A DNA stretch of 64,000 bases from an uncultured Microthrixaceae bacterium (GCA_963823495.1 CAWGLV010000001.1:3372561-3436560), one strand, 5' to 3'. Positions 9,591 to 19,818 are shown, numbered from the stretch's first letter. Numbers and translations: made by a program. The notes: generated from the letters alone by a model not told the origin.

Positions 9591-10334
9591 TCATGTCGGG
9601 AGGGCCTCGTCCAGGAGTTGGGCGAGGTGACGGGTGCGGAGCGGCACCCCGACGGCCTCGCTCCGGGTCCGGAGCTGGGCCAGGCAGGAGGCGTCGCAGC
9701 CGACGAGGACCTCCACGCCGGCCTCGGCGAGGGCCTCGAGCTTCTCGTCGGCCATCGCCACCGACAGCTCGGGGAGCTTCACCGAGAACAGCCCGCCGAA
9801 GCCACAGCAGCGGTCGTCACCGTCCCAGACAACCCGCTCGGTGCCGTCGACGCGATCGACCGCGGCCTCCGGTGCGTCCCGGAGACCCAGCTCCCGGAGC
9901 ATGTGGCAGGAGTGGTGGTAGGCGACCTCCTGCGCTGGCCCGGCGAGCTCCGGCAGAGACCGGTCGGCCAGGAACTCCGAGAGCTCGAAGGTGTGGGCGC
10001 CCACCCTGCGCGCCCGCTCGGCCGCCTCGGCGTCTCCGACCAGCTCGAACAGCTCCGGCCAGAACACCCGCACCATCGACGCACACGACCCGCTGGGGAC
10101 CACCACGGCCTCCGCGCCGTCGTCCAACTCGGCCTGCATCGCGGCGAGCGTGGCGCGGGCCACCTTCGCGGCCTCGGGCACGTGGCCCGCGTTCCACGCG
10201 GGCTGGCCACAGCAGGTCTGGTCGGCCGACGCGGTGACCTCGCACCCGGCCGCGCGCAGCACCCGCACCGTCGCCTCGCCCACCTCGGGCTCCACGAGGT
10301 CCACCACACACGTGACCAGCAACGTGACCCTCAC
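9591..10334 (-). CDS. lutA: Lactate utilization protein A (CCG-domain Fe-S protein)
   Basis: QTCCGQPAWNAG, SGSC, YHHSCH, CCGFGGLFS motifs; start approximate. Confidence 0.92.
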   Translation of the reverse strand: MRVTLLVTCVVDLVEPEVGEATVRVLRAAGCEVTASADQTCCGQPAWNAGHVPEAAKVARATLAAMQAELDDGAEAVVVPSGSCASMVRVFWPELFELVGDAEAAERARRVGAHTFELSEFLADRSLPELAGPAQEVAYHHSCHMLRELGLRDAPEAAVDRVDGTERVVWDGDDRCCGFGGLFSVKLPELSVAMADEKLEALAEAGVEVLVGCDASCLAQLRTRSEAVGVPLRTRHLAQLLDEALPT

Positions 10335-10386
10335 CCCGTCAACCGTAGGCACCGAGGACCGACGACCCGTCCTAGCGTGACGGGCC

Positions 10387-10800
10387 ATGGGTGGATGCGT
10401 GTTCTGTCAGATCGTGGCGGAGGTGCTGCCGGCCCGCATGGTCGCCGAGGACGAGCACACGACGGCGTTCCTGGACCGGACGCCGCTGTTCCCGGGCCAC
10501 GTGCTCCTCGTGCCCAAGGCCCATGTCGAGACCCTCGCCGACCTTCCCGACGACCTGGTCGACCCGCTGTTCCGCCAGGCCCGGCGACTGTCGGCGGCGA
10601 TGGAATCCGGCCTCGGGGCCGCGGGGTCGTTCGTGGCCATGAACAACAAGGTGAGCCAGAGCGTCCCCCACCTGCACGTCCATGTCGTGCCCCGCAACCG
10701 CAAGGACGGCCTCAAGGGCTTCTTCTGGCCCCGCCACCGGTACCGAGACGACGCCCACGCCGACGACATCGCGGCCACGCTGCGGTCGGCGCTGGCCTGA
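10387..10800 (+). CDS. HIT family hydrolase
   Basis: CVFC N-terminus, GHVLLVPK, QSVPHLHVHVVPR. Confidence 0.93.
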   Translation: MGGCVFCQIVAEVLPARMVAEDEHTTAFLDRTPLFPGHVLLVPKAHVETLADLPDDLVDPLFRQARRLSAAMESGLGAAGSFVAMNNKVSQSVPHLHVHVVPRNRKDGLKGFFWPRHRYRDDAHADDIAATLRSALA

Positions 10801-10842
10801 GCGGACCCCGGCGGACCATCCACCGGGAGGAGTCACCCGACC

Positions 10843-10891
10843 GGAATGGCGTCACCTTCGGCCATCCCGCGACCAGGCCGACGCAATGTCC
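10843..10891. repeat. Degenerate 49-bp hairpin element
   Basis: GGAATGGCGTC...GACGCAATGTCC; same length and end motifs as the family, weak stem. Confidence 0.5.
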
Positions 10892-10900
10892 GGGCAACGG

Positions 10901-12520
10901 TCAAGCGGACTCGCTGAAGTCGGCCGCCTTGCGGAGCTGGTCGAGCGCGGCGGTGATGGCGGCGGCATCGGCCCGATCGGCCTGAGCGCGGCCGAGGGCC
11001 TCGTGGGCGCGGGCGATCAGCTCCTCGGTGTCGTCGATCTCGGCGAGGTCCTCGCCGACCGGCCCCGCCACCGCGGCGGGCGCCGCCCCCGAAGCAGCAC
11101 CGAACGGTTGCACCACCAGCGGCTCGCCCTCGAGGTCGGGCACCGTGGCGGCGAGCTCGGCCAACGCCTCCTCGAGGTGGCCGGCCAGGGCCCAAGGATC
11201 ACCCAGCAACCCGGGGTCACCCTGCAGACCGAAGTCGAGCTGCTCCTGGTAGCTCATCACGGTCATGTTCAGCCCGGCGCCGTCGTAGATCGGGCCAATG
11301 GGGTAGTTGGCCACGAGTCGGGCCCCGGCCGAGTACAGCGGGAAGGGTGGGCCGGGGACGTTGGAGATCGTCACGTTGAACACGGGCCGGTGCATGTTGG
11401 CCAGGTGCATCCGGGAGTAGAGCCGAGCGGCCCGACCCAGCAGAGCCGGGGCGGCGAACTCGGCCCAGTCGGTCAGGGCATCGGCCCCGATGGCGTGGCG
11501 CTCCTTGGCCTCCCGGGTGGCGTCGCCGATGACCTGGAGGCGCACCGCCGGATCCGTCACCTCGGTGGCCAGGCTGACCAGCATCGAGGACACCCGGTTG
11601 CCCATGGCGCCCTTCTCGCCCTCGGTCCGCACCGACACCGGCACCATGGCGACCAGCGGGGCGGACAGGTCCTCACTGCGCTCGTCGAACCACCGCCGCA
11701 GCGCGCCGGCGCACAGGGCGAGCACGACGTCGTTGACCTTGACGTCATGGTGGGCCTTGATCGCCTTGACCGCGGGCAGCGACAGCGAGGTCGTGGCGAA
11801 GACCCGCTGGCGGGTCAGCGGGCCGTTGATCGAGGTCTTGGGCGCGGCGAACGGTGACGGTGGGGAGCTCGATCTGGACAGGCCCCGCCGGCCCAGCGCG
11901 GCGTCGATCGTGCGGCGCGTGGCCTTCACCATGCGGATCGGCGAGGACAGCAGCGAGACCGTGGCGTGGGCCAGCATCTCGGCGTCGGACGGAACCGTGT
12001 CCGGTGCCCACGCCTCCTCTGGCGGCGGCACCTCCGAGCCCTCGGGGGTCAGGTCGAGGGTCGCCACGGTGATCTCGTTGCCCGACGCACCGTCGATGGC
12101 GGCGTGGTGGACCTTGCTCAGCACGGCCACGTGACCGCCGGCCACGCCGTCGATCAACCACATCTCCCACAGCGGTCGACCGCGGTCCAGGGGGATGGCG
12201 TTCAGGTGGGCGGCCAGTTCGGCCAGCTCCCGGGGACCACCAGGGGCCGGCACGGCGACCCGCCGCAGGTGCCAATCGAGGTCGAAGTCGGGGTCCTCGA
12301 TCCACAGCGGGTGGTGCAGGCCGAAAGGCACCTCCCGCAGCCGACGGCGGAAGGGCGGAGCCATGTGCAGCCTGGGCTCGTAGACCTCGCGCAGGTGGTC
12401 GAGATCGAAGTCCCCACTCACCTCCGAGGGGTCGAAGACCGCCAGGCCCGCGACGTGCATGGGGGCCGTCGGCGTCTCCATCGACAGGAATCCGGCGTCG
12501 AGCCCGGTCAACCGCTGCAT
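10901..12520 (-). CDS. Wax ester/triacylglycerol synthase (WS/DGAT) family O-acyltransferase
   Basis: MQRLTGLDAGFL, PMHV, catalytic HHAAIDG, ISNVPGP. Confidence 0.93.
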   Translation of the reverse strand: MQRLTGLDAGFLSMETPTAPMHVAGLAVFDPSEVSGDFDLDHLREVYEPRLHMAPPFRRRLREVPFGLHHPLWIEDPDFDLDWHLRRVAVPAPGGPRELAELAAHLNAIPLDRGRPLWEMWLIDGVAGGHVAVLSKVHHAAIDGASGNEITVATLDLTPEGSEVPPPEEAWAPDTVPSDAEMLAHATVSLLSSPIRMVKATRRTIDAALGRRGLSRSSSPPSPFAAPKTSINGPLTRQRVFATTSLSLPAVKAIKAHHDVKVNDVVLALCAGALRRWFDERSEDLSAPLVAMVPVSVRTEGEKGAMGNRVSSMLVSLATEVTDPAVRLQVIGDATREAKERHAIGADALTDWAEFAAPALLGRAARLYSRMHLANMHRPVFNVTISNVPGPPFPLYSAGARLVANYPIGPIYDGAGLNMTVMSYQEQLDFGLQGDPGLLGDPWALAGHLEEALAELAATVPDLEGEPLVVQPFGAASGAAPAAVAGPVGEDLAEIDDTEELIARAHEALGRAQADRADAAAITAALDQLRKAADFSESA

Positions 12521-12625
12521 TGCGCCACCCCCTGGTCGTCTCGGTCCGATGCTAGGGCCACCCATCGGTCCCCGCCCCTCGAGCTGTACCGCCGGGTGAC
12601 GGCCGCACCCCTCGATTCGCGTCGC

Positions 12626-12736
12626 TTTCCGGCGCCTGATTGCCGCGCCCCAGCACCCCAATCGGGCGCCAGAACGGCACTTCGTCGTACTGGCGCCTGA
12701 TTGCCGCGCGCCGACGCCTCAATCGGGCGCCAGAAC
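12626..12736. repeat. Tandem pair of 50-bp hairpin elements (12626-12675, 12687-12736)
   Basis: Both read (TTTCC/GTACT)GGCGCCTGATTG...CAATCGGGCGCCAGAAC. Confidence 0.88.
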
Positions 12737-12744
12737 GAGGGGGG

Positions 12745-14103
12745 TCAGGGCGACAGGCCGGGTTCGGGGGTGACGATCTCCATGACGAGGCCCCTGGCGT
12801 CGTGGCGACGCTCGCCGAGGCGCCGGACCCGACCCGCGAGCAGGGCCTTGGCCGTGACGGCGACGACGGCGGCGTCGAGGACGTCGTCGGCCGCCGCGCC
12901 CGAGGGTGGGCGGGCCACCAGCGCGTCGATCCCCGGGACGTGGGGACCGAGGACCGCCAGGCGCTCGTCCCGGCCAGGACGCCCCTTCTTGGGATGGGCC
13001 ATGGGCACGCCGTGCAGGCTGGCGAAGGCCACCTCGGGATGGCACTCGAACACCCGTCCCTGGCGGGTCGGATCCAGGAGGCGGTCGACCTCGGCGACCT
13101 TCGGCGCCAGGTTCCAGGCCTGCCTCGAGAGGCCGACGCCGCTGGCCGCCCGGGCGCGGGCCAGCGCCGTGTCGTAGTCGCGGGCGCCGAGCACGGGGCG
13201 CACCGGTGCCGGGAAGACCGACGAGCGCCGGTCGCCCAACTGCGCCCGGGCCTCGATGTCGCACTTGCGGGGTGGGCCGTCGGACAGGCCGATGGGGATG
13301 TCGACGCCGATCGCACCGACCCGGCCCTTCGCCTGGCGGGCCGCGACCTTGGCGAACCGGTCGACGACCTCGACGGTGGCGTCGCCCTCGACCGGCAGGG
13401 TGACCACGCACCAGCCGCCCCGGCAGGCGTCCGCACCGGCCACGGCCTGCGGGAGGCCGAACATGTCGAGACAGCGATCGAGACCCGCGATCCGGATGTC
13501 GCGCCGTCGCTGCTGCTCCCAGGTCTCCCTGGTCATCCGGAAGCGCCGCAGCGCGGCGCCCTCGCCCCGGCGGAGATCCATCTCCACGCCGTTGGGCTCG
13601 TAGCCGAGACGCTCGGTCACCCCGAGCGAGGAGGCGTTGTCCTCCCACGCGAAGGTCTCGCACCACCGGGCGCCGAGGCCGGCGAAGGCGAGGTGCAGGA
13701 TCGCGGCCCGCATCTCCTTGCCGATGCCCAGGCCCTGGTGCTCCCGACCCAGCCACGACCCGCTCTCGGCCACCCGGGTCCGCCAGAAGTTCTTGGCGAA
13801 GAGGTCCTGGATGCCCACGACGGTGGGCTCGGGGTCCCGGAGCACGACGGCGAGACCCAGGCCCCAGTCGTCCTTGGACCACTCCGCCCTCTGCCGCCAG
13901 TTCCACTGCAGCGCGCCCCGCTCGAGGTCGGGCGACGGTGCATCGGTCCAGGGGGTGGAGAACGGCATCACCTCCGGGTCATGGACGCCGTGGCGAACGA
14001 GGTCGACGACGGCCAGGAGGTCCTCGTCGGTCGGCGGGCGCAACTCGAGGCGGGGCGTGCGCACCCGGAGGTCGAACAACGGCCAGTACGGGTGCCCCAC
14101 CAC
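12745..14103 (-). CDS. Fusion of RimJ/RimL-type GNAT acyltransferase and DUF429 (RNase H-like putative nuclease)
   Basis: N-half YWPLFDLRVRTPRLELR...ESGSWLGREHQGLGIGKEMR; C-half AGADACRGGW, IGVDIPIGL, ECHPEVAF, DDVLDA. Confidence 0.8.
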   Translation of the reverse strand: MVGHPYWPLFDLRVRTPRLELRPPTDEDLLAVVDLVRHGVHDPEVMPFSTPWTDAPSPDLERGALQWNWRQRAEWSKDDWGLGLAVVLRDPEPTVVGIQDLFAKNFWRTRVAESGSWLGREHQGLGIGKEMRAAILHLAFAGLGARWCETFAWEDNASSLGVTERLGYEPNGVEMDLRRGEGAALRRFRMTRETWEQQRRRDIRIAGLDRCLDMFGLPQAVAGADACRGGWCVVTLPVEGDATVEVVDRFAKVAARQAKGRVGAIGVDIPIGLSDGPPRKCDIEARAQLGDRRSSVFPAPVRPVLGARDYDTALARARAASGVGLSRQAWNLAPKVAEVDRLLDPTRQGRVFECHPEVAFASLHGVPMAHPKKGRPGRDERLAVLGPHVPGIDALVARPPSGAAADDVLDAAVVAVTAKALLAGRVRRLGERRHDARGLVMEIVTPEPGLSP

Positions 14104-14154
14104 ACCAGTCTCGCCCACGGCGCCGCAAGGGGCGGTCGTTATAGGGTCCCGAAG

Positions 14155-14781
14155 GTGCCCCGACTCATGGCTGCCTGGTACGACCGCTCGATGGCCAAGA
14201 CGGAGGCCGCCGGGTTGCGGTCCTGGCGGGCCGACCTGCTCGGCGGGCTCTCCGGCGAGGTGCTGGAGATCGGGGCCGGGACCGGCCTGAACCTGGCGCA
14301 CTACCCGGACACGGTCACCCGCCTCGTCCTGACCGAGCCCGACCCTCACATGCGGGATCGCCTCGCGCCGAGGGTCGCCGGACACACGACGGCGTTCCCG
14401 ATCGAGGTGACCGACTCCGGCGTGGACTCGCTGCCCCACGAGGACGAGGCCTTCGACGTGGTGGTCTCGACCCTCGTGCTCTGCTCGGTGCCCGACCACG
14501 AGGCGGCCCTGACCGAGATCCACCGGGTGCTACGACCGGGTGGACGCCTGGTGTACCTCGAGCACGTGGCCGCCTACGAGAACCCGAAGCGGCACAAGTG
14601 GCAGCGGCGGATCGAGCCGATCTGGAAGCGCCTGGCCGGCAATTGCCACCTCACCCGGCACACCGACCAGGCCATCACCGACGCCGGTTTCGAGCTGGAG
14701 GAGGCTCGCCGGGAGTCCATGCGCCAGTCCCCGCCCTTCGTCCGGGTCACGGTCCGCGGCGTGGCCCTCAAGCGGGCCTGA
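14155..14781 (+). CDS. Class I SAM-dependent methyltransferase (METTL7-like)
   Basis: VLEIGAGTGLN, FDVVVSTLVLCSV, LRPGGRLVYLEH. Confidence 0.9.
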   Translation: MPRLMAAWYDRSMAKTEAAGLRSWRADLLGGLSGEVLEIGAGTGLNLAHYPDTVTRLVLTEPDPHMRDRLAPRVAGHTTAFPIEVTDSGVDSLPHEDEAFDVVVSTLVLCSVPDHEAALTEIHRVLRPGGRLVYLEHVAAYENPKRHKWQRRIEPIWKRLAGNCHLTRHTDQAITDAGFELEEARRESMRQSPPFVRVTVRGVALKRA

Positions 14782-14843
14782 CCCCCGTTTCCGGGTACAC
14801 CCTGCGTCGTGGCGAACACCCGAGCCCTCCCAGAAGCGCCTCC

Positions 14844-15059
14844 TCAGGGCTCGAGCCGGAGGTTCGGGACTCCGTCGGTGACCGTCAGGGTGCCGGGCGT
14901 GCCCAGGAGCATCGCCGGCTCGCCGGCCAGGTTCGGGGACGCCAGCTCGACCACCTCGCTCTTGTGCTCGCCGGCCAGGATCGTCAGCTCGAGGTGGATG
15001 ACGCCCTCCTCCTCGGCTGCATCGACCACGAACACGTCGTAGACCCCGTCCGGCAGCAC
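14844..15059 (-). CDS. Small hypothetical protein
   Basis: 71-aa ORF with good codon bias, divergent from the echA-like gene. Confidence 0.6.
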   Translation of the reverse strand: MLPDGVYDVFVVDAAEEEGVIHLELTILAGEHKSEVVELASPNLAGEPAMLLGTPGTLTVTDGVPNLRLEP

Positions 15060-15081
15060 GGAACACTTCTACTCTCCGGAC

Positions 15082-15846
15082 ATGACCGTGCGCTACGAGA
15101 CCGCGGGAGCGGTGGCGATCGTCACCATCGACCGGCCGGAGGTGCGCAACGCCGTCGACGGGCCGACCGCCGGGCACCTGGCCGAGGCGTTCCGGCGCTT
15201 CGAGGCCGACGACGACCTCGCCGCCGCCGTCCTCACGGGTGCCGGTGACACCTTCTGCGCGGGGGCCGACCTGAAGGCGGTGTCCGACCGTCGGGGCAAC
15301 CGGGTGACCATCGACGGTGACGGGCCGATGGGCCCGACCCGGATGCTGCTGGACAAGCCGGTGATCGCCGCCGTCGAGGGTCACGCCGTGGCCGGCGGCC
15401 TGGAGCTGGCGATCTGGTGTGACCTGCGGGTAGCGGCCACCGACGCGGTGTTCGGCGTGTACTGCCGGCGCTGGGGTGTCCCCCTGGTCGACGGCGGGAC
15501 GATCCGGCTCCCCCGCCTGATCGGCCACAGCCACGCCCTCGACCTGATCCTGACGGGCCGGGGCGTGTCCGGCGAGGAGGCCCTGCGCATGGGCCTGGCC
15601 AACCGGCTGGTCGAGCCCGGGGAGGCGTTGACGGCCGCCGTCGCCCTGGCCGAGGACCTGGCCCGCTTCCCGCAGCACTGCTTGCGCTCGGACCGCGAGT
15701 CGTCCTATGAGCAGTGGTCACTCGACCTCGACGCCGCCCTCCTCCGGGAGACCGAGCTCGGCCTCACGGTCATCGCCCGCGGCGAGACCCAGGCGGGCGC
15801 CGCCCGCTTCGCCTCCGGCGAGGGCCGCCACGGCACCTTCGACTGA
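15082..15846 (+). CDS. Crotonase/enoyl-CoA hydratase family protein
   Basis: DRPEVRNAV, FCAGADLK, AVAGGLELA, WGVPLVDGGT. Confidence 0.93.
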   Translation: MTVRYETAGAVAIVTIDRPEVRNAVDGPTAGHLAEAFRRFEADDDLAAAVLTGAGDTFCAGADLKAVSDRRGNRVTIDGDGPMGPTRMLLDKPVIAAVEGHAVAGGLELAIWCDLRVAATDAVFGVYCRRWGVPLVDGGTIRLPRLIGHSHALDLILTGRGVSGEEALRMGLANRLVEPGEALTAAVALAEDLARFPQHCLRSDRESSYEQWSLDLDAALLRETELGLTVIARGETQAGAARFASGEGRHGTFD

Positions 15847-16094
15847 CCCACCCGCGCTCCGGGGGCCGTGGGCTCGAGCCGGGGCGCACGCAGAGCGCCG
15901 AGGCCGTGACTCCGGGCTCCGGCCGGTCACCGCCGCGACGACCCGTTCCACCGCCCACGGACCGGGCGGTGCTGCTACACAGGGCCGATGACGGCCAGCG
16001 CGGCCGACCGGCCCGACGGCCGGGCGGTCGACGGTTGCCCCGAACCCGTCCCCGGGTCGCGTAACCGGGAGTCGAACCCGGGCATGGACCGGTC

Positions 16095-16676
16095 GTGAAG
16101 GACCGCACGGGCATCGCCTGGCACGTGCCCTCGGACGAGGACGTCCGGTTCACGGGGCTCTACGAGCGCCACTACCGCTTGATCAGGGACTTCTGTCGCC
16201 GGCGGGTGGCCGCGGACCTGGTCGACGACGTCGTGGCCGAGACCTTCCTCACGGCCTGGCGACGGGTCGAGGACGTCCCCGATGGTGAGGAGGCGCTGCT
16301 CTGGCTCTACCGGGTCGCCTACCGGGTGGTCGGCCACCAGTGGCGGACCGTGACGCGCCGACGCCGGCTCGAGGACCGGCTGCGCTCGGTTCCGTTGCCC
16401 CCGGCCACCGCCGCCGACGATGACGTGACCGACGGCGACGACCACCGCCGTGTCCTCGCCGCGGCAGCCCGTCTCGGCGACACCGATGCCGAGGTACTCC
16501 GCCTCACGGCGTGGGAACAGCTGGCCGTGGTCGAGGTCGCCGCGGTCCTCGACATCGCCCCCAACGCGGTGAAGCAACGGCTGCACCGCGCCCGGCGCAA
16601 CCTCGCCCGTGAGTACCGGCGCCTCGAGGCCGGACCCGTGGGGGCGCCTGATCCTGTGAAAGGCGAACCCTTGTGA
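16095..16676 (+). CDS. ECF sigma-70 family RNA polymerase sigma factor
   Basis: DVVAETFLTAWRR, WLYRVA, region 4 HTH EVAAVLDIAPNAVKQRLHRAR. Confidence 0.92.
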   Translation: MKDRTGIAWHVPSDEDVRFTGLYERHYRLIRDFCRRRVAADLVDDVVAETFLTAWRRVEDVPDGEEALLWLYRVAYRVVGHQWRTVTRRRRLEDRLRSVPLPPATAADDDVTDGDDHRRVLAAAARLGDTDAEVLRLTAWEQLAVVEVAAVLDIAPNAVKQRLHRARRNLAREYRRLEAGPVGAPDPVKGEPL

Positions 16677-18756
16677 TCACCGACGACGAGGTCCTGGACC
16701 TGTTCGAACGAGCCGACCCGGCCCGGGCGGGGGACCCGGCGCCCACCCTTGGCGCCGCCGCCTTCCTCGAAGGTCTGCGGTCGACGCCGAGCTACGTGGC
16801 GGAGCCCGAGGCCACGCGGGTGGAGCTCGGTCCCTCGCCGAACCGACGCTGGCGGGTCATCGCCGCCGTGGCGGCAGCCGGTGTGTTGATCGTGGGCGCG
16901 CTGGTACTCGCAGCGGACCGCGAGCCGAGCGGGCCCACCGATGATCAGGCGCCGGCCACCACAGAACCCACGCGCCGCCCGACGAACCCTGCGGCGGTGC
17001 GAATCGCCACGGGCTTCGTGGCGGCCATCGGCGCCTTCGACGTCGACGCCGCCATGGCGGACCTGGCCGAAGACGCCGACATCTCGCTGGTGACCGCACC
17101 CGGCGGCGTTGGCGACGCGGGGCCGGCGACGACTCGGCAGGACCTGCCGCGACTGCTGGCCCTGCTCGAGGCCCAGGGCTACGAGCAGTCGGCCGATCTC
17201 TGTGCCGTGAACAGCCAGGCGGAGGACGAGACCATCGTTCGTTGTGCCCTGACCTTCTCCTCCTTGCGCTCGGGCCAGTTCGCTTGGGCTCCCTTCGGAC
17301 CGAGCCACATCGACGTCGTCGTCCGGCGAGGAAGGATCACCGGGGCGACGACCCGCTGGGCATCCGAGCGCTTCGAGGCCGAGGTGTGGGAGCCCTTCAC
17401 CACCTGGGTGGCGGCCAACCATCGGGCTGACGCCGAGGTCATGTACCCCGACGGGAGTCGGTCCTCGGCCCGGCTCAGCGAGTCGTCGATCCGCCTCTGG
17501 GGTCAGCGCACGAGGGAGTACGCGGCCCTGCAGGGCGCAGCCATGGTCGAGGTGGCCGCCGAGTTCATGGCGGCCCGCAACGCCCACGACGCGGACGCCG
17601 CTCGAGCACTCGTGGCCGACGACGGCGTCCTCGCCCAGCTCTGCAACCAGGGGTTGACGCCCCGTTACGCCTGCGTGGTCGACGACCCCGAGGAGCCGAT
17701 CATGGGACGGGTCCCCCTCGACCGGGCGGGCATCACCTTCGCCCTGGACGCCGAGGCGCTGTACGACCTCCGCTTCGAGGACGTGGCCTGCGAGAAGGTG
17801 TCCGGCCCCCTCGTCACCTGCTCCTACCGAATGGACAACCGGCTGCGGGAGATCGCCGGCGACGCGCCGGTCGAGGCCGCCTCCAGCCTCGGCGTGGTCG
17901 ACGGACGCGTCCGCCTCGTCGCCTTCCCGTGGCTGAACATCGGGTTCAACCCGGCCGGCCTCAACCCGGTGGAGGCCGAGCCGTTCGTCCACTGGCTGGA
18001 ACAGGAGTACCCCTGGGCCGTGGGCAGCGGCGACCTGACGAGCACCAACGGCCCGGTGTTCCGGGCCGAGGGCCAGGAGCTGCTCCTCATCCTGACCCGT
18101 CCCTCGCTGGCCCGACTGGGCGGCTTCCTGGACGACTACGAGGCCGCCGGTGGGCCGCTGTCGGTGGAAGCGGATGCGAGCAGGCTGCATCGCCGAGTGG
18201 CCGGACTGTCGTTCTCGCTCGATACGCCGGCGCCCTGGGCCCCCGGTCCCATCGAGCCTTTGACCGACGCCGACGGGTTCCGGAGCCGGTCGCTCTAGTC
18301 AGTCAGAGCCGGGTCGGGCCCCAGGGGGCCGAGGCCGTCGTCTACTGGACCAGCGTCCCCGCTGCCGCCGGCGGCTTGGCGGAACCCTGTGCCCGACTTC
18401 TCGGCGGGGTCGAGGACCCTTCGGCGTCGGAGTTGGCGGGTCTGCTCGCGGCCGCGCCCGGCACCCGGGTGATCGAGCCGCCCACCGACGTCACCGTGGG
18501 AGAACGGGAGGCGGTGCACGTCCGGCTCGCCGTGCTGGACCACCAGGGCTGCGATCCCGGCTACTTCTTCCGCTGGCCGTCCACGGGCATGGGCCCGGCC
18601 TGGTACGGGACCGAGGCCGGGGACATCATCGAGGTCTGGGTCATCCAGGGGGTCGGCCGGCTCCTGGTCGTCGTCGGCGAGACGACCCCGCAGGCCGGCA
18701 ACGACCTCGTCAATGACGTCCAGCAGGTGGTCCACTCGATCCGCTTCGACCCGTGA
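16673..18756 (+). pseudogene. Frameshifted single-pass membrane protein, putative anti-sigma partner
   Basis: GTGA overlap with the sigma gene; TM helix VIAAVAAAGVLIVGALVLA; first frame stops at 18298 while coherent protein continues in the adjacent frame (LVSQSRVGPQGAEAVVYWT...VHSIRFDP) to 18756. Confidence 0.65.
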
Positions 18757-18762
18757 AAACGG

Positions 18763-18800
18763 CGGAAGCCCGTCCCACATCGTTGGGGGACGGGCTTCCG
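18763..18800. terminator. Hairpin between convergent genes, likely bidirectional terminator
   Basis: Perfect 14-bp stem CGGAAGCCCGTCCC/GGGACGGGCTTCCG. Confidence 0.65.
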
Positions 18801-18823
18801 ACGACCTTCAGCTGAGGGTGAGG

Positions 18824-19579
18824 TCAGCCGTAGTAGGCACCGCAATGGGGCCAGTGGTGCAGCCCCGAACGGGTGCGGACCCGCTCGGCGATTCTCGCCT
18901 GGTACCAGGCCGGCCTCTGGTTCGGCATGCCCGAACCGCCGTAGGCGGCCCAGGTGCCGAGGTTGAACTGGAGTCCGCCGTAGTACCCGTTGCCGGTGGC
19001 GATCGACCAGTTCCCACCCGACTCGCAGTTGGCCACGCCGGACCAACGGCGCACCAGGGCCCGTCGTTGACGGGCGACGGCGACGGCTCGCAGGTACCGG
19101 CGCATCAGTCGGGCCTCGCGCTGGAACGCGGGCCAGGTCTCGCCGCGGTGGCCGCGGACCCAGGTCGTGCCCCAGCGGAACCAGTGGCCACCACGCCACT
19201 GGAAGCGACCCCGCGCCTGGTGGCGCTTGGCCACGTGGCAGGCGGTGTAACCGCGGCCGCAGTTGCCGTAGTCGACCCAGCGAGGATCCGGGCCCCAGCG
19301 TCGCCTGGGCACCTCCTCGTTGGTGGCCGTGGTCTCGCCGGTCTCGACGGCGGCGGCCGCCGTGGTCGGCGGGGCCACCTCCTCGACCGGCGAGGGTACG
19401 GGTGCCGCCGTGGTCGGCGGGACCTCGCTCGTCGTCGGGGCCTCGGCGAGGGGGGGAACCGTCGACGGGGTGGTGCCCGGGTCACCGTCGGCGGACGCCG
19501 AGCCGGCATCGAGGGCACCGATCAGGCTCAGAACGAGCGTCAGGCTCACCGCCGTCAGTCCGATCTTCTTCTTCTTCAT
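18824..19579 (-). CDS. Resuscitation-promoting factor (Rpf transglycosylase) with signal peptide and Pro/Thr linker
   Basis: WSGVANCESGGNWSIATGNGYYGGLQF...WPHCG; MKKKK signal peptide. Confidence 0.92.
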   Translation of the reverse strand: MKKKKIGLTAVSLTLVLSLIGALDAGSASADGDPGTTPSTVPPLAEAPTTSEVPPTTAAPVPSPVEEVAPPTTAAAAVETGETTATNEEVPRRRWGPDPRWVDYGNCGRGYTACHVAKRHQARGRFQWRGGHWFRWGTTWVRGHRGETWPAFQREARLMRRYLRAVAVARQRRALVRRWSGVANCESGGNWSIATGNGYYGGLQFNLGTWAAYGGSGMPNQRPAWYQARIAERVRTRSGLHHWPHCGAYYG

Positions 19580-19802
19580 GTCTCGCACAGGGGGGATGTG
19601 CTCCTTGGGGGGGACTACCCCCACCGGTCAGGGGCGCGCGACGATGCTCGGAGGTGAGGGGATCACCGGCCGGCCCGGAGGGCAGCGGCTCGAGCGGCCG
19701 TTCACCGGCGAACCCCGAGAACGGGGCCGGCCAGAAGGCGCTTCTCTTGGTGGGGTGACGACAGGATCACCGCTTCCGTAACTGAATCGCAACATTCAGC
19801 CG

Positions 19803-19818
19803 TGTGATTACTGTCACA
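19803..19818. promoter_or_regulatory. CRP/GlxR-type binding site
   Basis: Perfect TGTGA-N6-TCACA in an AT-richer stretch between the divergent rpf and nfuA-like genes. Confidence 0.7.

Noticed and set aside
19590-19790. c-di-AMP (ydaO) riboswitch upstream of rpf
   Set aside because: Could not find the conserved GCCGAATCC / CCCGAACCCG(T/A)CAGCT core on the minus strand; left uncalled pending an Rfam scan
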